DNA of 38,336 bases from Stramenopiles sp. TOSAG23-3 (taxonomy: Eukaryota): assembly GCA_900128585.1 (NCBI GenBank), contig LT642187.1, positions 1 to 38,336 on the forward strand, read 5' to 3'. The translations under genes were made by a program, and so were the position numbers. The stretch's first letter is position 1, and each line of letters opens with the position of its first letter. The notes beneath the pieces are model-generated. The model was not told the origin of the DNA. It was given only the letters and a program-made list of their open reading frames with translations, and did not search any database. Shown piece after piece: positions 32,358-38,336 of this stretch.

Positions 32358-32776
32358 NNNNNNNNNNNNNNNNNNNNNNNNNNNNNNNNNNNNNNNNNNN
32401 NNNNNNNNNNNNNNNNNNNNNNNNNNNNNNNNNNNNNNNNNNNNNNNNNNNNNNNNNNNNNNNNNNNNNNNTTTTTTTTATTAAAAATTATTACAGTAAG
32501 TATATAGATTATACATTTTTTCTTCTAGTCTATAATGTCCACAATCTACTAATTCGAAAGGATGAACCACATTTTTTTCTTCCTCACTCCGGAGACTGTT
32601 ACATTTCTTATCCATGGTCCATTGTTGAAAACAGAAGAAATTTTTATTCAATTCGTAGATCTTAGCGAGCAAAAGGCAGACAAGCAGAGCCGACCTCCCC
32701 GAGCAGCGAAATCGAGAGCCTTTCTTCGGTTTCGGTCGTATCCTCGGTGGGGCGCGCAAAACGTCTTGCGTGATAT

Positions 32777-34771
32777 ATGTCAAAGCGTTCGGCAGGTAAT
32801 TTTCTCGGCGCAATACCAACATCAAACAAGCGACAACAAACACGACGATTCGTTTTTAAGATGGCAACGTTGGTGGAAACAGACATAGACGAACAGATGC
32901 CTGTGGAGGACTGGCAGCAGTGCTTAAAATTGTTTTGCCCGGGGGAGAAGGTGAACCCAGACATCAAACTTACAGAGCAAGAGGCGAAAATATTCGAACT
33001 ATTCAAACGCGTCAACAAGAAACACGGCCTAAAAACGACCGTCCGCGTTGCTGGAGGCTGGGTACGGGACAAAATGTTAGGGAAAGATAACGATGACATC
33101 GACGTTGCCGTGGATGATATGACGGGGGCAGAGTACGCGACGTTCGTCCAGTCCACACTGCGGGACGAAGGTGATGGGAAGGTTGGCAGCGTTGGGGTCA
33201 TCAAGGCCAACCCCGACCAGAGCAAGCATTTGGAGACGGCATGCATGAGCGTGTATGGGGAATCCATAGACTTTGCAAACCTTCGCTCGGAAGTGTACGC
33301 GGACGATAGCCGCATACCAGAGATGGCGTTTGGTACCGCGTTGGACGATGCAAGACGGCGGGATTTTACGATAAATGCTTTGTTTTTCAACGTCAACACC
33401 AGTTCCGTGGAGGATTTTACAGAGAAGGGAAAGGCCGATCTGAAGAGAGGCATTGTTCAAACGCCATTAGATCCGATGACTACCTTCGCGGACGACCCAT
33501 TGAGGGTTCTGAGGGCGCTGAAGTTCGCGAGTAGGTACGCATTTCACCTGGAGTCGTCGTTGTTGAAATCAGCCATGTCTCAAGAAATCCGAGAAGCGTT
33601 GTCGCTCAAAGTTAGCGCGAGTAGAGTCGCGAAAGAGTTGAAGTCGATGCTTAGCTGCGATCGGCCCGTGTTGGCAGTCCGAATGATAGATGCCCTCACA
33701 CTCTGGGCAGCAATTTACGGGTTCGACCGTCCGGAGTTTTTCAACGATTCCACCCTCCACATTTCGTACGTCACTGGGAACGCGATCCCTTCGGTGGGGA
33801 GTGACCCCGTGCCAGTCAACCAGGTGAAGAGTTCCGTGTGGCAAGAAATGAGCTTGCAAACCCTCCCGCTATCGAAGACATTGGGCTGGGTTTGGTTTGT
33901 TGGGAATTTGTTGGACGAATCGTCCATGGACCGATGGAATATGTACTCGGGGTGTCATGAATTAGAAGGCCAAATGCCCCCTCTGGACCGATGCAGAGAG
34001 GATAGGTTGGACAGCAAATGTGTGGCGTACGGAACATCCAAGGAGCCTCTCTCCTCCACGCAGATGCGAAACCTTATGTTTTTGACTATGATTGCCCTCC
34101 CCATGGCAAACATTCAAGCGAGTATTGTGAGGGAGAACCCGAATAAGACAAAGAAGCAGAAGCAAAAGGAAGGGCTTCATGTTTCGAAAGCATTCTGGTT
34201 TTACTCTCATGTTTTGAATTATAACATGCAGGCGACGAAGAAAGACGTCAAGAATGTGGAAGTGTTGATCAAGTGCGCGCGGGCATTTCAAGGTCTAGTC
34301 TCGGAGAATTCTACGTCAAAGCTGGACCGCGCGGCCGTGGCGTTCATTCTTAATGATGCGAAAAGCTTATGGCCGTTTGCAATCGACGTAGCACTGGCCA
34401 GCGACCTGGTATCGATCAACGCTTGGAACCAGGTGCACGGACAAAAGAAGTTTTTTGACTCGGTGGTGGACGGAAAAGGTGTCGGTGATCGTTTGACCGA
34501 AACGCACCCAAAGGTTGCGGCGACCGTCCAGTCGTACGAGAAAGTCTATTTGTTTGTTCAAAACGAAGGGCTGGACTGCATTTGGAAGGTCCCGCCGCTG
34601 CTGAACGGGAAAACAATGATGAAGACGTTGAACCTGAAACCGGGCCCACACATGTCTTCGATTGTCCGGGCCATGAAACAATGGCAATATGAGCACCCCG
34701 ATGGGACGGTGGATGAGCTTGTGAAGGTGCTGACTGAAAACGAGGTCGTACGGGCTCACATTAAATCGTAA
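32777..34771 (+). CDS. CCA1: Class II tRNA nucleotidyltransferase (CCA-adding enzyme), fungal/plant/protist type
   Basis: RVAGGWVRDKMLG..DDIDVAVD, ANPDQSKHLETA, DFANLRSEVY..DSRIP, DARRRDFTINALF, DDPLRVLRALKFASR and C-terminal PLLNGK..LKPGP. Confidence 0.95.
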   Translation: MSKRSAGNFLGAIPTSNKRQQTRRFVFKMATLVETDIDEQMPVEDWQQCLKLFCPGEKVNPDIKLTEQEAKIFELFKRVNKKHGLKTTVRVAGGWVRDKMLGKDNDDIDVAVDDMTGAEYATFVQSTLRDEGDGKVGSVGVIKANPDQSKHLETACMSVYGESIDFANLRSEVYADDSRIPEMAFGTALDDARRRDFTINALFFNVNTSSVEDFTEKGKADLKRGIVQTPLDPMTTFADDPLRVLRALKFASRYAFHLESSLLKSAMSQEIREALSLKVSASRVAKELKSMLSCDRPVLAVRMIDALTLWAAIYGFDRPEFFNDSTLHISYVTGNAIPSVGSDPVPVNQVKSSVWQEMSLQTLPLSKTLGWVWFVGNLLDESSMDRWNMYSGCHELEGQMPPLDRCREDRLDSKCVAYGTSKEPLSSTQMRNLMFLTMIALPMANIQASIVRENPNKTKKQKQKEGLHVSKAFWFYSHVLNYNMQATKKDVKNVEVLIKCARAFQGLVSENSTSKLDRAAVAFILNDAKSLWPFAIDVALASDLVSINAWNQVHGQKKFFDSVVDGKGVGDRLTETHPKVAATVQSYEKVYLFVQNEGLDCIWKVPPLLNGKTMMKTLNLKPGPHMSSIVRAMKQWQYEHPDGTVDELVKVLTENEVVRAHIKS

Positions 34772-34774
34772 ATA

Positions 34775-34936
34775 NNNNNNNNNNNNNNNNNNNNNNNNNN
34801 NNNNNNNNNNNNNNNNNNNNNNNNNNNNNNNNNNNNNNNNNNNNNNNNNNNNNNNNNNNNNNNNNNNNNNNNNNNNNNNNNNNNNNNNNNNNNNNNNNNN
34901 NNNNNNNNNNNNNNNNNNNNNNNNNNNNNNNNNNNN
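34775..34936. other. Assembly gap (N run)
   Basis: 162 N bases. Confidence 1.
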
Positions 34937-35228
34937 CTTCCTCATCCGATATCTCACTCAGAGATAAATCAATCCTTGTACCATCTTCCAAGCAGCGGCT
35001 TAATTGTTGTTGAGGCCAATCAATTGGAGTCTTGACCAGAACGCGGGGAGGATCTACAATAGAAGGAGATACTGTTCTTGAACTGACACCTTCTTCATAT
35101 AACAGCCAATTATTCGTTTTTTATAAGTGTGTGTATGATAGTCAAATAATTACACAAAATTAAAATAATATGGCTTACTATTATTCAATATACAATAAAA
35201 CACGCCCCAACTTACTCTACTTGGCTGG

Positions 35229-37394
35229 TTACCCCTCCGTGTTATAAACAGGCAGAACGTACCCGCAGTCCCCCCTAGTTCCAGCTTTCGATTGCATCCC
35301 GTTGCCATTACTACTTCCAAACCCAGGGTAACAGAGGCAGTTGCCAGTCTCTCTTTCACACGTTCCTCGGTTGCTGCATTCGGCACTTTCGGTAGTCCCT
35401 TTCCTTGAATAAAGGCTGTCAATCTGCTGGCCATCCGCATATATTGTAATTGTTTTGGATGCCGCTCCATTAAATGAGAGCGTTGCCGCCGACTGCCCGC
35501 TGACTTGGTATATTGGTACAAGTGGGGGCAAATCCCCGAGTTCACTGTCAAAATATATACGAATCTTTGTTGCATTTTCGTTGTCTTGGTTGGAGCATAC
35601 CGCCGTTGCAGTCGGTGGGGTAGATTCAATGGTGACTCTACCCAGGTACGTCACCCCGCCAATACTATCTAGTGCCTCGATGGCCTTCTTTAAATCTGCC
35701 TTGGACGCGTCAAAACTAATGGGGGCGGTGACTTTTGTTCGAAAACGAAGCTTAAAGGTCCCACCATCGGCAACGCACCTCATAATTTGCATCTCTTTGA
35801 CTTGGACAGTATCGCCATTTCCCGTTCCCGTCATGGGATCGTCCCCTTCTGGGCACCGTCGCTGACTGCAATCGTAGCCTGTGTAACCGATGTCGCATTT
35901 GCATCCGTACATCTTGTTGTAATCCCAGTGATACGGGTCGTTTGGGGTTTTCCCGTAAGTGAGCACGGTCAGTGCGCCGTTGCTGTGGTCGGTTGACTGC
36001 TCCGCAAGCTGGGCCATGGACAAACACTGGCCGTGCCCCGTACAGGCAGGCTCTCCTCCAGGACATGACATACGATCGCACGCTCCTCCCTCAAAGTTTG
36101 TTCTACATTTACACTCGCCCTTTGTTCGGTCGCATATCCCCATGTTGCTGCACTCCGAGGGGATATGCGCGGTGTCTAGCGCGGTCGCCGTGTCGAACCA
36201 GGAGGGGGCCTCGGGGCACGTGCGAATGGAACAATCTCCGCTCGCGTATCCCGCAGAGCACATGCATTGAAACGACGGGGCGCCACTGCAGAAGCCATGC
36301 CCGGTGCAGGCCAACCCGGCCCCGGGGCATGCCGTAATGCCACCCTTTGGTGAGCCGCAGTCACCGCGTTGCCCCGCACTTGCGTACCCGTCACTTGTTT
36401 GGTAACTTGTATAGCATGAGCACACTCCAGTGAGCTCATCGCAGAAACCACGACCAGAGCAAGCAATGTTTTCCTTCTCACCCTTCACACTCTTTAACGT
36501 TCCTGTGGGAGGGATGTCCCCATCGTGATAGACGTCGATCTTGTCCTTTATGACACCGCCTGGGATAAGTTTCGGGATGTTACCGAAATCTTGCAGGAAT
36601 TCAATCTTGACGATGTTCCGCTGCTTTTTGCCAGTCTGGTCTGTTATCTCCGGCGCGCACATCGTGGTGAACCCCGCCGTGAAGGCAACTGCGATCTGGG
36701 CGATACCGTAAAAGGCGTTTATGACATCGTTCGCATTGCCCCCACTGGTTATTGGCGGGGTCGTCACAAGGCGGAACGGGGGGCCTTGCTTCGTAAAGGT
36801 CAACGTAAACGTCCCGGAATTCGCCGGCGCATTGCACGCAATGAGTTGAATCTCGTTCGACTGTCCACTGGTAAGGGGATCGTCGCCCTTCGGGCAGATG
36901 CGCAGGCTACAGTCGTACCCCTCGTACCCCTCGTCGCACACGCACCCGTGAATTTTGTCAGCGTCCCATACTTTGTCGTACTTCTTATTCTCCTCGTAAA
37001 TGTCCGATTGGGAGGAGTAGTCCCGCATGTCGATGCAGGTCCCGTGCCCGTTGCAATCGGCAGGGCACGACAGCCGCTTGCACTCCCGGCCTTCGAACCC
37101 TGGCATGCAAATGCACATCCCAGTGGCATGGTCGCATATCCCACGCGTGCTGCACACCGTCAGGGCATGGGCCGTGTCAATCGCGGACGTCTCATCCGAC
37201 CACGAAAACCCATCCAAACACTTTCGAAGAGAACAGTCCCCTCCCATCCATCCTTTGAAGCATTGGCATTTAATATCCGTGGTAGAGCATTCGCCATGCC
37301 CAGAGCACAAATTTGGGCAAGCAGCATTGGCCAAAAGCACATTGGCCAAAAACAGCACGGAAATGAAAGATAGGCTTCTTCGATTCCGGAACAT
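35229..37394 (-). CDS. Tubular mastigoneme (flagellar hair) protein-like, Ocm/Sig family, EGF/tenascin-like Cys repeats
   Basis: Signal peptide followed by ACPNLCSGHGEC. Duplicated halves carry W.D..A.DTAH..CS.RG.CD..G.C.C, WD..K.HGC.CD.GY.GYDCS.R.CP.GDDP and E.Q.+.C, typical of stramenopile mastigoneme proteins. Confidence 0.8.
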   Translation of the reverse strand: MFRNRRSLSFISVLFLANVLLANAACPNLCSGHGECSTTDIKCQCFKGWMGGDCSLRKCLDGFSWSDETSAIDTAHALTVCSTRGICDHATGMCICMPGFEGRECKRLSCPADCNGHGTCIDMRDYSSQSDIYEENKKYDKVWDADKIHGCVCDEGYEGYDCSLRICPKGDDPLTSGQSNEIQLIACNAPANSGTFTLTFTKQGPPFRLVTTPPITSGGNANDVINAFYGIAQIAVAFTAGFTTMCAPEITDQTGKKQRNIVKIEFLQDFGNIPKLIPGGVIKDKIDVYHDGDIPPTGTLKSVKGEKENIACSGRGFCDELTGVCSCYTSYQTSDGYASAGQRGDCGSPKGGITACPGAGLACTGHGFCSGAPSFQCMCSAGYASGDCSIRTCPEAPSWFDTATALDTAHIPSECSNMGICDRTKGECKCRTNFEGGACDRMSCPGGEPACTGHGQCLSMAQLAEQSTDHSNGALTVLTYGKTPNDPYHWDYNKMYGCKCDIGYTGYDCSQRRCPEGDDPMTGTGNGDTVQVKEMQIMRCVADGGTFKLRFRTKVTAPISFDASKADLKKAIEALDSIGGVTYLGRVTIESTPPTATAVCSNQDNENATKIRIYFDSELGDLPPLVPIYQVSGQSAATLSFNGAASKTITIYADGQQIDSLYSRKGTTESAECSNRGTCERETGNCLCYPGFGSSNGNGMQSKAGTRGDCGYVLPVYNTEG

Positions 37395-38167
37395 GATGAT
37401 TCAATGGTGCACTTCGCGTCGCGTAGTCAGTCAAAGACCAGAAAGAAGGAAAACAAAAATACGCTGTTGTCGTTATCGTACGTATTTAAATATCTCGGGT
37501 CTCAGAAGGAAAATGGTCCCTTTCGGAAGATACGATGGCTTCTACCTTCTTCTTAGAAAATCCCACACGATATCCACGTAGCTTATCTTACATGTAATGT
37601 AATTGCAAGATGAAAATGTGTTCATAACTTTCAATCAATCAAGGTTTCTTTCAACGGTCATCCAATCACAATTGAGTAATTCTCCGTTAGCTTTGTTTAT
37701 ATACTAAACAATCCAATAAGTACATCTTTTTGATTATTAAATAGGTTAAATATGTAACAAAGGATTTGATTCCTGGGAATTCCAACTAAGTCTGCGTATT
37801 AGACTACATATATATGTATTTGTATTAACATTAATTTTGCCTATCTATATTTCTTCTTTCCTCTTTTTCTTTTTTTTTTTAACGATTTTTTGTCAGAAAT
37901 TATAAATTGAAACGGTTATTGCTAAAAATAGAAATAGAAGAAGAAGAAAAGTCTTGGGTCTTATTTTGTCCAGGAATCATCCATCCACAAACGGTTTTCA
38001 CGAAGTAGAGATTCAAATGCTCCAAGTTTAAATGTGAAAAAGAAAAGTAAACGATATTATAGAAAGACATAAGAATTGACTTTTTTAATTCTTCTCGTAC
38101 ATTTCCTTCCACCCTATTTCTTTGTTGTTGCGAGTAGTGATATTTGTCTCGATTCAAATTTAATGTG

Positions 38168-38336
38168 ATGAAGAAGTTGACCCCTTTTTCGAACTTTTAC
38201 AAGTGCGATCGTTTGCCTAACTTAAACACAAACGATGAGACTATACGGGAGTCTGGGATTTACGAAGGTAGAGGATGGCTGCAAAAATCCAGTGCGCCGA
38301 AAGAGCTAGAACACGGGCTCGATAACCACAACAAAG
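38168..38336 (+). CDS. Possible 5' end of a gene running off the window (MKKLTPFSNFYKCDRLP...)
   Basis: Open frame from ATG 38168 to the window end, with a rise in GC. Confidence 0.3.
   Translation, partial: MKKLTPFSNFYKCDRLPNLNTNDETIRESGIYEGRGWLQKSSAPKELEHGLDNHNK

Noticed and set aside
12401-34771. Two nucleotidyltransferases plus kinase/GNAT as a CBASS-like or operonic defence system
   Set aside because: The motifs identify a Cid1-type enzyme and a housekeeping CCA enzyme rather than a CD-NTase. The genes are 16 kb apart in a eukaryotic layout, and synteny here is doubtful.
134-37394. Non-standard genetic code in the main genes
   Set aside because: The long ORFs are open in the standard code and end with TAA, TAG and TGA.

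Overview
Eukaryotic, intron-poor genomic scaffold, most likely from a flagellated stramenopile, judged by a tubular-mastigoneme-type EGF protein. About 15 GC-moderate genes are separated by sharply AT-rich, microsatellite-rich spacers and three N-gaps. The genes encode a signal-peptide TPR/GT41 glycosyltransferase, two divergent 7-TM receptor-like proteins, a coiled-coil protein, an EamA transporter, a Q-rich SKICH-like Cid1/TUTase-family nucleotidyltransferase, a secreted NHL (PAL-like) propeller, a STE-type kinase-SH3-ankyrin protein, a PX protein, an EF-hand protein, a fragment of a giant repeat protein, an ankyrin-GNAT, the CCA-adding enzyme and the mastigoneme protein. The most unusual structures are these. 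(1) A perfect 80-bp inverted repeat (11927-12006 / 13600-13679) brackets the 5' region of the TUTase gene; its right arm can be read as a frame-restoring GT-AG intron and its left arm carries a GTAAGT donor. (2) Several genes have lost internal segments or are fused at apparent microhomologies. (3) Some spacer segments read as protein only if TAA/TAG encode Gln. All three could be real biology or amplification/assembly artefacts, which sequence alone cannot decide. No rRNA, tRNA, CRISPR array or transposase was recognised.
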